This document shows positions 1 through 9,232 of a stretch of DNA of 32,000 bases, piece by piece. Position 1 is the stretch's first letter, and each line of letters begins with the position of its first letter. Position numbers and translations under genes: made by a program. The notes below the pieces were generated by a model. That model saw only the letters and a program-made list of their open reading frames with translations. It did no database searches and was not told the DNA's origin. The stretch is from positions 34,191 to 66,190 of the forward strand of contig CAMDQO010000004.1 of the NCBI GenBank assembly GCA_945906105.1. The letters run 5' to 3'. This DNA comes from Novosphingobium sp. Chol11 (GTDB taxonomy: Bacteria; Pseudomonadota; Alphaproteobacteria; Sphingomonadales; Sphingomonadaceae).

Positions 1-730
1 GCCGCGCCAGTTCCAGCGCCGCGACAAAGCTGGAGGCCAGCGCCGAGCGCCGCAGCCGCGGATCAGCATGAGCGGGCAGAAAATCACGCAGCTCCATCCA
101 GTCCAGCGCCACACCGAGCATCGACGAGACCCGCGCCAAGGCTGAATCCAGTGTCATCACCATGCGGTCACGAACCATGTGAACCACCGGCGTGCTGCGC
201 AGTTTCACCTGACCATAGGCCTGCACCAGATCGAACCATTCGCAGGTCCAGCGGTTCTTGCGATCTACCCGCAAGCCTTCGGGAGCACCGCGCCGGAAGC
301 AATCGCGGCCCAGTCGGTCACGCCCCATCAACCGCCCGGCAGATTCGCGCATGGCCGCCAGCCGTTGCAAGCGCAGTTGCAGACGCAACGCCAGTTCCTC
401 GGCGCTGGGCTCTTCCTGCTCCTCACGCGGCAAGAGCAGCGACGATTTGAGGTAAGCCAGCCAGGCCGCCATAACGAGATAGTCTGCCGCCAGTTCCAGC
501 CGCAGCGCCTGGACGCTATCGATATAGCCGAGGTACTGATCAACCAGATCAAGGATCGAAATCCGCCGCAGATCGACTTTCTGACGGCGCGCAAGATCGA
601 GCAGCAGATCGAGCGGCCCTTCCCAGCCATCAAGCTCAAGATAAAGCGCCTCATCTTCGCCAGCAGCACCAGCTGGGCCGTGCCATGCGCCGTCAAGTGC
701 CTCGCCGGTGAGGATCAGTTCCTCACTCAT
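1..730 (-). CDS. scpA: Segregation and condensation protein A (ScpA), N-terminal part; the gene runs off the left edge of the window
   Basis: Absent from the ORF track because it has no stop in the window. Hand translation from ATG at 730 (ATGA overlap with the nagZ stop) gives MSEELILTGEALDG...LELDGWEGPLDLLLDLARRQKVDLRRISILDLVDQYLGYI...AADYLVMAAWLAYLKSSLLLP, which is typical of ScpA. The frame stays open to position 1. The nagZ-scpA order is common in alphaproteobacteria. Confidence 0.85.
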   Translation of the reverse strand, partial: MSEELILTGEALDGAWHGPAGAAGEDEALYLELDGWEGPLDLLLDLARRQKVDLRRISILDLVDQYLGYIDSVQALRLELAADYLVMAAWLAYLKSSLLLPREEQEEPSAEELALRLQLRLQRLAAMRESAGRLMGRDRLGRDCFRRGAPEGLRVDRKNRWTCEWFDLVQAYGQVKLRSTPVVHMVRDRMVMTLDSALARVSSMLGVALDWMELRDFLPAHADPRLRRSALASSFVAALELAR

Positions 731-1749
731 GCCGCCGCCCCGGCCAGCGCCAGCAGTGCATCGCGATGCGCGAGAAGTTCGGCCTGCAGCGCGATATGAT
801 CGCTGGGCACATGGGTTTTCGCCAGCGCCCGTTCCAGCCGCGCGGCACCCTCAACCGAGATCGTGGGAACGGCCTGCGCAATGCCGATCATGTCGCCCAG
901 CTTGGCCCAGCAGTTGAGTGCCAGATCACACCCAGCAGCAATCGCACGCGCCGCATTATCTGGCACCGGGCCGGAAAGCGCCTGCATATCAATGTCATCT
1001 GTGAGCAGCAGCCCGTCAAACCCGATCCGTTTGCGGATGATCTCCCCCACCACAAAGCGTGAAAGCGTGGCGGGGTTTTCCGCATCCCATGCGGTGTAGC
1101 GGACATGGGCGGTCATGCCGATAGCTGCTGTGGAGAGCGCGCGGAAAGGCGCCAGATCCAGTTCCAGTTCGGCTTCGCTGGCGGTGACGGTGGGCAGTTC
1201 CTTGTGGCTGTCTGCCCCGGCGCGGCCATGGCCGGGCATATGCTTGATCGTGCCTGCGACCCCGGCGGCGGCGAGGCCATCCAGCACCGCACGGCCGAGG
1301 GCGGCCACGCGCAGCGGCTCTTTCCCCAGAGCCCGATCACCGATCACATCATGCGCGCCTGGCTGCCTCACATCGAGCAAGGGCAGGCAATCAACGCTGA
1401 TGCCCACCTCGGCCAGATCCAGTCCGAGCGCATGGGCATTGCAGCGCGCCGCCTCGATAGCGGAGGCGGGGGCAAGGTCATAAAGCGCATCAAACACCGC
1501 GCCAGACGGGTACGACAGCCATTCGGGCGCCTTCATCCGCGCAACGCGGCCACCTTCCTGATCGATGCAGATGAACAGGCGATCACGGCCATGAATGTTG
1601 CGCAAATCGTCGGTGAGCGCACGCAGCTGCGCCCGATTTTCAACATTACGGCCAAAGATGATGTAGCCCGCCGGATCGGCATCGGCGAAAAACGCCCGCT
1701 CGTCTGGCGTCAGAGTCAAACCGGAAAGGCCGAAAATTGCGGGTGTCAT
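727..1749 (-). CDS. nagZ: Beta-N-acetylhexosaminidase NagZ (glycoside hydrolase family 3)
   Basis: GH3 motifs are present: IDQEGGRVARM, KHMPGHGRA, LLLTDDIDM. The ORF track starts at a TTG (1785). An in-frame ATG at 1749 (MTPAIFGLSG...) is the more likely start. Confidence 0.9.
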   Translation of the reverse strand: MTPAIFGLSGLTLTPDERAFFADADPAGYIIFGRNVENRAQLRALTDDLRNIHGRDRLFICIDQEGGRVARMKAPEWLSYPSGAVFDALYDLAPASAIEAARCNAHALGLDLAEVGISVDCLPLLDVRQPGAHDVIGDRALGKEPLRVAALGRAVLDGLAAAGVAGTIKHMPGHGRAGADSHKELPTVTASEAELELDLAPFRALSTAAIGMTAHVRYTAWDAENPATLSRFVVGEIIRKRIGFDGLLLTDDIDMQALSGPVPDNAARAIAAGCDLALNCWAKLGDMIGIAQAVPTISVEGAARLERALAKTHVPSDHIALQAELLAHRDALLALAGAAA

Positions 1750-1810
1750 GCCCGCAAAACTGGCCTTCGCGCGCGCACAATGCAAGCGCGCGAAGGCCCG
1801 TGAATGTGGA

Positions 1811-2629
1811 TTAGCGTTTTACCTGACAGCTGATGCCCGCTGCCTTGAGCTTGCCGCACAGGGCATCTGCTGCAGCTCCATCCCCGGCAACTGCCTGCAA
1901 ACGATAGACCTTGCCGATATCGGCGCTGCCTTCGATTACGCGGTGCTTGATGCCTTTCAGCGCTGCACTCTTGCCGACCAGCGCATTCCAGCCTGCTTCA
2001 GCCGAAGCCGATGAGCCGAATGCGCCAACCTGAACGCCAACACCTTCTGCTGGCCCTGCCAAACCGCCGCCGCCAACCGCTCCCGGAACTCCGGTATCGA
2101 CCGAAGGCTTGGGCGCTTCGCCGCCAACTTGCGCCGGGCGTCCCTGCCCTTGTGACACGGCATAGCTGCTATCACCGGTGCCAGCGAAGGTCTTGCCGCC
2201 CGGATTCTTGGGCAGTTCCTTGTAGGGTTCGGTCGGCGCGGCAACCGTGCTGCCATCGGCAACCAAAGCGGGGTCTGGGGAGCGGTGGCTGAACCACCAG
2301 ATCGCCCAGATCAGCGCTGCGAGTGCCAGCAATCCGGCAAGCACAAAGCCGAAGACACGGGCAGTATCGACGCCCTCATCATCATAATCATCGTCGCTGG
2401 ATTCGAGCCATGGCAGGCGATCATCCTCATCGAGGTCAAGCTCGGCATGATCTTCGCCGTCGCCGTTATCGACGAATTCACGGGCCTCATCAGCGAGATC
2501 GACGATCTGCTCCTTGGCGCCTTCGGCCGTATCGCCAAGCTGCGCTTCAGCGCCTTCAACGGCACCATCAACGGCATCGCCGATCTGCTCTCCTAGGCCT
2601 TCAAGACCTTCGCCATCCTTACCGATCAT
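1811..2629 (-). CDS. SPOR-domain membrane protein with an acidic N-terminal region, one TM helix and a C-terminal peptidoglycan-binding SPOR domain
   Basis: The C-terminus GVGVQVGAFGSSASAEAGWNAL...YRLQAVAGDGAAADALCGKLKAAGISCQVKR is SPOR-like. The TM helix is VFGFVLAGLLALAALIWAIWWF. I prefer the ATG at 2629 because GGAGGG lies 7 nt upstream and this start avoids overlapping argS. Confidence 0.8.
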   Translation of the reverse strand: MIGKDGEGLEGLGEQIGDAVDGAVEGAEAQLGDTAEGAKEQIVDLADEAREFVDNGDGEDHAELDLDEDDRLPWLESSDDDYDDEGVDTARVFGFVLAGLLALAALIWAIWWFSHRSPDPALVADGSTVAAPTEPYKELPKNPGGKTFAGTGDSSYAVSQGQGRPAQVGGEAPKPSVDTGVPGAVGGGGLAGPAEGVGVQVGAFGSSASAEAGWNALVGKSAALKGIKHRVIEGSADIGKVYRLQAVAGDGAAADALCGKLKAAGISCQVKR

Positions 2630-2648
2630 GCTGCGCCCTCCAAACAAA

Positions 2649-4394
2649 TCACATTTCTTCGACAGCCTCAACGCCAAGTATGGCGAGGCCATTTCGTACT
2701 ATTTGCCCGATTTGGGACGCAAGGAAAAGCCTTGCACTGGTAAGCTCTTGATCTTGTGCCACTATGAACCGCTTTTCCGGCTGATCATTGCCAAGATTCC
2801 AGTAGGCGTGGAACGCCCCGGCCAGTTCATAGAGGAAAAAAGCAACCCGGTGCGGTTCACGCGAAGCGGCTGCGGCTTCAACCAGTCGCGGGAACTGCGC
2901 GGCATGCTTGACGAGTGCCAGTTCCTCTTCACCCAGCCGGGCAAGCGCCGCATCCGAAGCTGCGATGCCCGCTTCTGCCGCCTTGCGCATGGTCGATGCG
3001 ATGCGAGCATTGGCATATTGCACATAGAAAACCGGGTTGTCCTTAGAAGCCTCAACCACTTTGGCGAAATCGAAATCCATCTGCGCTTCAGGCTTGCGGG
3101 AGAGCATGGTGAAACGCACCACATCCTTGCCAACTTCGCGCACAACATCAGCCAGCGTAACGAAATTGCCCGAACGCTTGGACATTTTCACCGGTTCACC
3201 GCCGCGCAGCAGTTGCACCATCTGCACCAGCTTCACCTCGAAAGGAATTTCCTTACCCGCCCCTTCGGTGAGCGCAGCAACCGCAGCCCTGATCCGCTTG
3301 ACCGTGCCCGCATGGTCCGCGCCCCAGATATCGACCAGTGCGTCAGCCGTTTCGGCCTTCTGGAAGTGATAGGCGAGGTCCGCGCCGAAATAGGTCCAGT
3401 TGCCGTCAGATTTCCTGATCGGACGGTCCTGATCGTCGCCGAATTTGGTCGAGCGGAACAGCGGCAGTTCCACCGGCTCCCAATCATCCAGAGTCTTGCC
3501 CTTTGGTGCCTCAAGCACGCCATCGTAAACCAGATCTTGCGCCCGCAGCCATGCTTCGGCTTCGGCGGGCTTGCCAGCGGCTTGCAGCTCTGCCTCTGAC
3601 GAGAAGACATCGTGCTTGATGCCCAGCAGCGCAAGATCATCGCGGATCATCACCATCATCGCCGCCACCGCGCGGGTGCGGAACTGGATCAGCCAGTCAG
3701 ATTCCGGCGCTGAAACATAGCTGTCGCCGAATTCTCCAGCCAGTTCCTTGCCGATAGGAACAAGGTAATCGCCTGGATAGAGGCCTTCGGGGATCTCGCC
3801 CACGTACTCGCCAAGTGCTTCGCGGTATCTGATATGTACTGAGCGGGCGAGGACATCGACCTGTCCTCCCGCGTCGTTGACGTAATATTCGCGGATCACC
3901 TTGTGGCCGGACCATTCGAGCAGGCTGGCCAGCGCATCACCAACCACCGCGCCCCGGCAATGACCCATGTGCATCGGCCCGGTGGGATTGGCCGAGACAT
4001 ATTCGACATTGACGGTAGAGCCGCCGCCCATAGTGGAGCGGCCATAATCATCGTTCAACGCCGCGATTGCATTCAGCTCTGCGATCCACGTATCGGGCGA
4101 AAGGCGCAGATTGATGAAGCCGGGACCGGCGATTTGGGTGCCCGTTACTGCGGGAAGCTTGGCCAGCTCGGCTGCCAATGCCTCGGCCAGTACGCGCGGA
4201 TTTGTTCCGGCGGGCTTGGCCAGCACCATTGCGGCATTGGTCGAAAGATCGCCGTGGCTGGCATCGCGCGGCGGCTCGACGGTAACATTGCCGCGCGGCA
4301 GTCCGACAGGAAGTGTGCCCGCCCCCTCGAGAGCATCAAGCGCGGCGGCGACATGGCCGGCAAAGGCGGCGTGCAGGGTCTTGGGTGTGGACAT
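2649..4394 (-). CDS. argS: Arginine--tRNA ligase
   Basis: 581 aa. The class I signatures are PTGPMHMGH (HIGH-type) and KMSKRSG (KMSKS). The full-length architecture matches ArgRS. Confidence 0.97.
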   Translation of the reverse strand: MSTPKTLHAAFAGHVAAALDALEGAGTLPVGLPRGNVTVEPPRDASHGDLSTNAAMVLAKPAGTNPRVLAEALAAELAKLPAVTGTQIAGPGFINLRLSPDTWIAELNAIAALNDDYGRSTMGGGSTVNVEYVSANPTGPMHMGHCRGAVVGDALASLLEWSGHKVIREYYVNDAGGQVDVLARSVHIRYREALGEYVGEIPEGLYPGDYLVPIGKELAGEFGDSYVSAPESDWLIQFRTRAVAAMMVMIRDDLALLGIKHDVFSSEAELQAAGKPAEAEAWLRAQDLVYDGVLEAPKGKTLDDWEPVELPLFRSTKFGDDQDRPIRKSDGNWTYFGADLAYHFQKAETADALVDIWGADHAGTVKRIRAAVAALTEGAGKEIPFEVKLVQMVQLLRGGEPVKMSKRSGNFVTLADVVREVGKDVVRFTMLSRKPEAQMDFDFAKVVEASKDNPVFYVQYANARIASTMRKAAEAGIAASDAALARLGEEELALVKHAAQFPRLVEAAAASREPHRVAFFLYELAGAFHAYWNLGNDQPEKRFIVAQDQELTSARLFLASQIGQIVRNGLAILGVEAVEEM

Positions 4395-4459
4395 TGCGCG
4401 CCGTTAGCCGCTTTGCGCGCCAAAGGAAATGGTTAGCCGCGACGCGAGGGCGCAGTGCC

Positions 4460-5110
4460 TTACCGCGTTGCGTTATAAGTGAGCTGGCCCTGATCAAGCT
4501 GAAAGCCGATCAGCACCTCGAAAGTGGCGCGATTGACCGCGGCCTTGATCTCGGGCCGGGACAGCGGATCGACAGCGGCATCCGAATCACCCGCCTTGCG
4601 CTTGCGGGTGATCTCGCGGCGGATATCCTCGGGCAGTGTGGCTTCGGCCTTGTCGATATAGGCGGCACCCTGGCCGTGCGCCTGTGCGCGCGCCTGTCCA
4701 TCAGCAAAATTGAGCGTGACGGTGCCGACTCGCTTTGAGATCACCGCCGAGCGGCCGCGCAGAACGGTGATGAAATAGGGTAGCTGCACCGTGCGGGCAC
4801 CGCGTGCATCGCTGCGGCGAGCGAGCACATCAAAATCGGAGATCGAATAGACTTTCGCGCCCGAATCATTGCACTGACTGCGCAGATTGGTGATCGAAGC
4901 AACCAGATCAATCGAGGCGGAATCGCGGGCACCGGGCGTGCTGAACAGGGTCACGTCGCCGGTGTAATCAGGAATGCCCACCGCCGGACAAGCGCTGCGA
5001 ACGGCGGTAATCCCGACGCTTTCATCGACGACAATGTCACCTTTGGAGCGGCAACCGGCCAGAGCGACGAGAATGGTGGCTGCGGTAAGCAGGCGATAGC
5101 GGGCGATCAT
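4460..5110 (-). CDS. Hypothetical lipoprotein
   Basis: The lipobox LVALAG-C follows a basic and hydrophobic N-terminus (MIARYRLLTAATILVALAGC). I recognise no family. The ATG at 5110 is preferred over the TTG at 5131. Confidence 0.6.
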   Translation of the reverse strand: MIARYRLLTAATILVALAGCRSKGDIVVDESVGITAVRSACPAVGIPDYTGDVTLFSTPGARDSASIDLVASITNLRSQCNDSGAKVYSISDFDVLARRSDARGARTVQLPYFITVLRGRSAVISKRVGTVTLNFADGQARAQAHGQGAAYIDKAEATLPEDIRREITRKRKAGDSDAAVDPLSRPEIKAAVNRATFEVLIGFQLDQGQLTYNATR

Positions 5111-5182
5111 CGGCTGTCCATTTCCTTGCAATTCTTATCGCTGCCCTAGCGGCGCGCGCCGGGAAGCGCTAGTGGCCACGAG

Positions 5183-6181
5183 ATGAACGAGCCCTTTCCG
5201 ATGACTGATTCAGATGTCGCAGCTGAAAGCACCAGCCCCCTTGCCCCGATCCGGCTGTTGATTGCCGCCCCGCGTGGTTTTTGTGCTGGCGTCGATCGGG
5301 CTATCGAGATCGTCGAGCGTTCGCTCACCCGCTATGGTTCGCCGGTTTATGTGCGGCATGAGATTGTCCACAACCGCTTCGTGGTTGACAGCCTAAAAGA
5401 ACAGGGCGCGATCTTTGTCGAAGAACTTGATGAGGTTCCCGATGGTGTGCCGGTGATTTTCAGCGCGCATGGGGTGCCTAAATCGGTTCCCGAGGCCGCC
5501 ACCGCGCGTGGATTGGAATGGCTTGATGCCACCTGCCCGCTGGTCAGCAAGGTCCACCGTCAGGCCGAGCGGCAGATCGAAAATGGGCGCCACATTGTCT
5601 TCGTCGGGCACAAAGGTCATCCCGAAGTCATCGGTACTTTCGGGCAGGTTCCGGACGGCAGCATGACGCTGGTCGAAACCGAGAATGATGTCGCGCAGCT
5701 GGATTTTCCTACTGAAACAAAGCTGGCATTCCTCACCCAGACCACGCTTTCGGTGGATGATACCGCCGCGATCATCGCGGCGCTCAAACTGCGCTACCCC
5801 GATATCGCTGGGCCCAAGGCTGAGGACATCTGCTATGCCACCTCAAACCGGCAGGCAGCGGTGAAGGCCATCGCTGAAGAATGTGATCTGGTGCTGGTGA
5901 TCGGTGCGCCCAACAGTTCCAATTCGCTGCGGCTCGTCGAAGTGGCGCAGCGCAGCGGCACTTGCGCCGAACTGATCCAGCGCGCCTCCGATATTGACCC
6001 GCGCTGGCTCGATAATGTGAACACACTGGGCCTTACCGCCGGTGCCTCTGCCCCTGAAAAGCTGGTGCGAGAAGTTGTCGATCGTATCGCTCAGTTTCGC
6101 GCTGTGCAGGAAGAAACCGTCGTAACTACCGAGGAGTACATGGTGTTCAAGCTGCCTCGCCAGCTTACGGACCCGGCCTGA
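5183..6181 (+). CDS. ispH: 4-hydroxy-3-methylbut-2-enyl diphosphate reductase (IspH/LytB)
   Basis: [39 protein letters not shown] and [11 protein letters not shown] are canonical LytB blocks with three conserved Cys. Confidence 0.95.
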   Translation: MNEPFPMTDSDVAAESTSPLAPIRLLIAAPRGFCAGVDRAIEIVERSLTRYGSPVYVRHEIVHNRFVVDSLKEQGAIFVEELDEVPDGVPVIFSAHGVPKSVPEAATARGLEWLDATCPLVSKVHRQAERQIENGRHIVFVGHKGHPEVIGTFGQVPDGSMTLVETENDVAQLDFPTETKLAFLTQTTLSVDDTAAIIAALKLRYPDIAGPKAEDICYATSNRQAAVKAIAEECDLVLVIGAPNSSNSLRLVEVAQRSGTCAELIQRASDIDPRWLDNVNTLGLTAGASAPEKLVREVVDRIAQFRAVQEETVVTTEEYMVFKLPRQLTDPA

Positions 6182-6183
6182 AA

Positions 6184-7176
6184 GTGGCGGTCTATACCAG
6201 GCTGGGCGCTGAAGAGCTGGGCCGGCTGATCGCCGAATTTGATGTCGGAGCGCTGGTTTCGGCCAAGGGCATTGCCGAGGGTGTGTCGAACAGCAACTGG
6301 CTGCTGGATACGACCGGCAAGGACGGGGGGGGCAAGGATGGTGCCGGTGCGCGCTATATCCTGACCATGTACGAACACCGGATGGATGTCGCTGATCTGC
6401 CCTTTTTCCTTGGGCTGCTCGATCATCTGGCGGAAAAGCATTGTCCGGTGCCCGCGACAATCCATGATCGAGAGGGCAAGGCTTTCCGCATGATTGGCGA
6501 CAAAGCGGTGGCGTTGATCGAGTTTCTTCCCGGCGTTTCTGTCAGTGAGCCCAGCCCGGCTCAGGCGCAGGCCGTTGGCGCTGCTCTGGCGCAAATGCAT
6601 CTGGCCGCCGCCGATTTTGCCGGAAATCGCCCCAACGGCATGGGACCGGCAGAATGGCAGCGCCTGGCCGATGGTTGCGGCAGTACAGGACTGGCTTCGA
6701 TCGGCCCCGATCTGGGCACACTGGTCAGCCGCGAACTGGAAAATCTCTCAACCGTCTGGCCGAATGATCTACCACGCGGGATAATTCATGCCGATCTTTT
6801 CCCGGATAATGTCCTGATGCTGGGCAATGAAGTGACCGGCCTGATCGACTTCTATTTCGCCTGCACCGATACCCTTGCCTATGATCTGGCGGTAACGCAC
6901 GCCGCATGGTGCTTTGATGCCGATGGCCGGGGCTTCGATGCCGCACTGTCTGCGGCATTGATTGCGGGTTATGAGTCGGTTCGCCCGCTGCAAGGTGAGG
7001 AGCGCGCCGCCCTTCCCTTGCTGGCACGCGGCGCATCGCTGCGCTTCCTGATGACGCGGGCCTATGATTGGCTGCATACTCCCGCTGATGCACTGGTAAC
7101 GCGCAAGGATCCGATGGCATTCGCCCGGCGCCTGCAATTCTATGCTGATCCGGCCAACGCCCCAATCTTCGCATGA
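6184..7176 (+). CDS. thrB: Homoserine kinase, type II (APH-fold ThrB)
   Basis: [12 protein letters not shown]...[25 protein letters not shown] and GLIDFYFAC match the Pseudomonas-type ThrB family. It starts with GTG at 6184, 2 nt after the ispH stop. Confidence 0.88.
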   Translation: MAVYTRLGAEELGRLIAEFDVGALVSAKGIAEGVSNSNWLLDTTGKDGGGKDGAGARYILTMYEHRMDVADLPFFLGLLDHLAEKHCPVPATIHDREGKAFRMIGDKAVALIEFLPGVSVSEPSPAQAQAVGAALAQMHLAAADFAGNRPNGMGPAEWQRLADGCGSTGLASIGPDLGTLVSRELENLSTVWPNDLPRGIIHADLFPDNVLMLGNEVTGLIDFYFACTDTLAYDLAVTHAAWCFDADGRGFDAALSAALIAGYESVRPLQGEERAALPLLARGASLRFLMTRAYDWLHTPADALVTRKDPMAFARRLQFYADPANAPIFA

Positions 7177-7604
7177 AACACGTCGAGATTTTCACCGATG
7201 GTGCCTGCAAGGGCAATCCCGGTCCCGGTGGCTGGGGCGCAATCCTGCGCATCAGCCACCATGAAAAGGAATTGGCCGGCAACGAGGCGGATACCACCAA
7301 CAATCGCATGGAAATGACCGCCGCGATCCGGGCCTTGCAAGCGCTCAAAGAGCCCTGTGAAGTCTCGCTCCACACCGATAGCCGCTATGTCATTGACGGG
7401 ATCACCAAGTGGATCTTCGGCTGGCAGAAAAACGGCTGGCGCAATTCAGCCAAAAAGCCGGTGGCCAATGCCGATCTGTGGCAGGAACTGACCAGCGCTG
7501 CCCGCCCGCACAAGATCGAATGGATCTGGGTCAAAGGCCACGATGGCCACCCGGAAAACGAGCGTGCGGACCAATTGGCGAGTGACGCGGCGCTGAGGGT
7601 TTAG
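7173..7604 (+). CDS. rnhA: Ribonuclease HI
   Basis: [25 protein letters not shown]...TNNRMEM...[18 protein letters not shown]. The start forms an ATGA overlap with the thrB stop. Confidence 0.95.
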   Translation: MKHVEIFTDGACKGNPGPGGWGAILRISHHEKELAGNEADTTNNRMEMTAAIRALQALKEPCEVSLHTDSRYVIDGITKWIFGWQKNGWRNSAKKPVANADLWQELTSAARPHKIEWIWVKGHDGHPENERADQLASDAALRV

Positions 7605-7628
7605 CGCTGGTTTAGCCCAAACACAGCA

Positions 7629-7660
7629 AAGCCCCCCACCTCGATTGAGGCAGGGGGCTT
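7629..7660. terminator. Putative bidirectional stem-loop between convergent rnhA and the Gly-rich protein gene
   Basis: An 8-bp GC-rich stem pairs aagccccc (7629-7636) with gggggctt (7653-7660). An inner 4-bp stem is cctc/gagg. The flanks are only moderately T-rich in both directions. Confidence 0.45.
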
Positions 7661-7678
7661 GCGAGTTTCACGACACTA

Positions 7679-8311
7679 TCAGAGGCCGCGGATGCCGCTG
7701 AAGTCCATATCGACGACCCGGCCATATTCAACGCGGCACTTGAACGAACCGCTATCATAGCCGCGCATGCTGTCGTTATAGCCGCGGTAATCACCGCCCC
7801 AGCCATTGCCGTAACGTGCATCGCCCTGACGCCAATTATGCCCCGAGCTGTTGACCGCAATCCGGCCGCGCACCGTGTAACCACGACCATTGCGGTCAAT
7901 ATCGCGAACGTCGGTCACATTGGCTCGGCCATGGCTGTAACGGCTCGCCGTGCGCTGAGCAGCATTGACGCACATCTCGACTGCCTGACGGGGATTGCCA
8001 TAGTTGTTTCCATAGCCATAGCCATTGCCATAGCCGCGATCATTGTCCCAACCACCGCGTTGGCGCATATCGCGGCCATCATATCCGGCGCGGCCATAGT
8101 TGTAATCATTGCTGTAGCCGCGATCACGGCCATTGCTGGATGATGCTACAACCGCTGCAATTCCGCCGATCACCAGCGCACCGGCAATCACTTCGCCTGC
8201 ACTGATACCATCACGGTCATTACGGTCGCGCGCAGCAGCTGGAGCAGCCGCCGACACCACCATCGCGCCAGCCGCGACAGTCAGGGCAAGAGCTTTGGTA
8301 AAGGTCTTCAT
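7679..8311 (-). CDS. Secreted or membrane-anchored low-complexity Gly/Tyr/Asn/Arg/Asp-rich protein with a glycine-zipper-like hydrophobic segment
   Basis: ATG at 8311 has a GAGGA SD upstream. The signal peptide is MKTFTKALALTVAAGAMVVSAAAPAAA. The small-xxx-small segment is AGALVIGGIAAVVA. RGYGNGYGYGNNYG-type repeats follow, and the C-terminal about 90 aa contains 2 Cys. Confidence 0.6.
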   Translation of the reverse strand: MKTFTKALALTVAAGAMVVSAAAPAAARDRNDRDGISAGEVIAGALVIGGIAAVVASSSNGRDRGYSNDYNYGRAGYDGRDMRQRGGWDNDRGYGNGYGYGNNYGNPRQAVEMCVNAAQRTASRYSHGRANVTDVRDIDRNGRGYTVRGRIAVNSSGHNWRQGDARYGNGWGGDYRGYNDSMRGYDSGSFKCRVEYGRVVDMDFSGIRGL

Positions 8312-8430
8312 GGCTTGTATCCTCAATTAGGCCGAACCCGACGTCCGGCTTGATTGAGGGTCTAACGAATCACCAGTGAGGCGAGCCTGAACCTGACTGA
8401 CAGTGATTGTTCATATTTATAGCCACAAAC

Positions 8431-9228
8431 ATGAACATCCAGTCCAACTTTTCATTAACCCTGTTACGCTATCAGCAAGCCATGAACGCACTGCTCGTCT
8501 TCCTCGTGCCTTTCACCGTCATTGGCGTGATCACGTTGCTGGAACGACGGCAGAACCCGGTGCCGACTGACTGGCTGCGCAATGTGCAGGCCTGGGCGCT
8601 CGATGTTGGCGTCGCCGTGCTGATGATGCCCTATCTGCATGGCTGGGCAGGCACTTCACTGCTGGATGGCGCGGCCATGCCCTTCCTCGCAGGCTTTGCC
8701 ATATTCCTGCTGATGCGCGACGGAACCGAATTTGCCTTTCATCTGGCACAGCACAATGTGCCGTTCCTGTGGAAGATGCATTCGCTCCACCATTCCGATC
8801 CCGAGATGACCGCGCTCACCACTAACCGGCATTTCTGGGGTGATCGGGCGATCAAGACGTTGACGATCTGGTCATTGACCTCGGCAGTCATCAGCCCGAC
8901 AGGTGCGATGCTGACAGCCTATGCGGCAATCTCGTTTTACAATTATTTCATTCACGCCAATCTGAAGGTGAATTTCGGCAAGCTGTCCTGGCTGCTCAAT
9001 TGCCCGGCCTATCACCGACGCCATCATTCAGCGCTCCCGGAGCATTACAACAGCAATTACGCCGCGCTGTTCCCGATCTTCGATGTGATCTGCGGAACTT
9101 ACCGCAAACCCGATGGCTGGCCGCCGACGGGGCTGGAAGTGGCACCAAAGCGGTTCGGTGAACTCGTGGCATGGCCCTTCATTCAGGGCGATGAAGCCGC
9201 ACAGGTGGTTGAAACCGCCAAAGCCTGA
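8431..9228 (+). CDS. Fatty acid hydroxylase / sterol desaturase superfamily membrane protein
   Basis: Histidine boxes are HLAQH, HSLHH and HRRHH, and there are several hydrophobic helices. The start is ambiguous: TTG 8407, ATG 8431 or ATG 8482. Confidence 0.8.
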   Translation: MNIQSNFSLTLLRYQQAMNALLVFLVPFTVIGVITLLERRQNPVPTDWLRNVQAWALDVGVAVLMMPYLHGWAGTSLLDGAAMPFLAGFAIFLLMRDGTEFAFHLAQHNVPFLWKMHSLHHSDPEMTALTTNRHFWGDRAIKTLTIWSLTSAVISPTGAMLTAYAAISFYNYFIHANLKVNFGKLSWLLNCPAYHRRHHSALPEHYNSNYAALFPIFDVICGTYRKPDGWPPTGLEVAPKRFGELVAWPFIQGDEAAQVVETAKA

Positions 9229-9232
9229 ACGC

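Noticed and set aside
179-799. 206-aa plus-strand ORF at the left edge
   Set aside because: The opposite strand encodes a clear ScpA N-terminus, open from 730 to the window edge. The plus-strand ORF is the antisense frame.
4395-4459. 9-bp direct repeat gcggctaac, occurring twice upstream of argS
   Set aside because: It is short, has a single pair of copies and has no palindromic character. It could arise by chance in a 65-nt GC-rich spacer.
7838-8143. Plus-strand ORFs with AIAIAIA-type repeats, and the periodic ccatagcc DNA pattern
   Set aside because: This is the mirror image of the GYGNGYGYG-encoding repeats of the minus-strand Gly-rich gene. It is not an independent feature.
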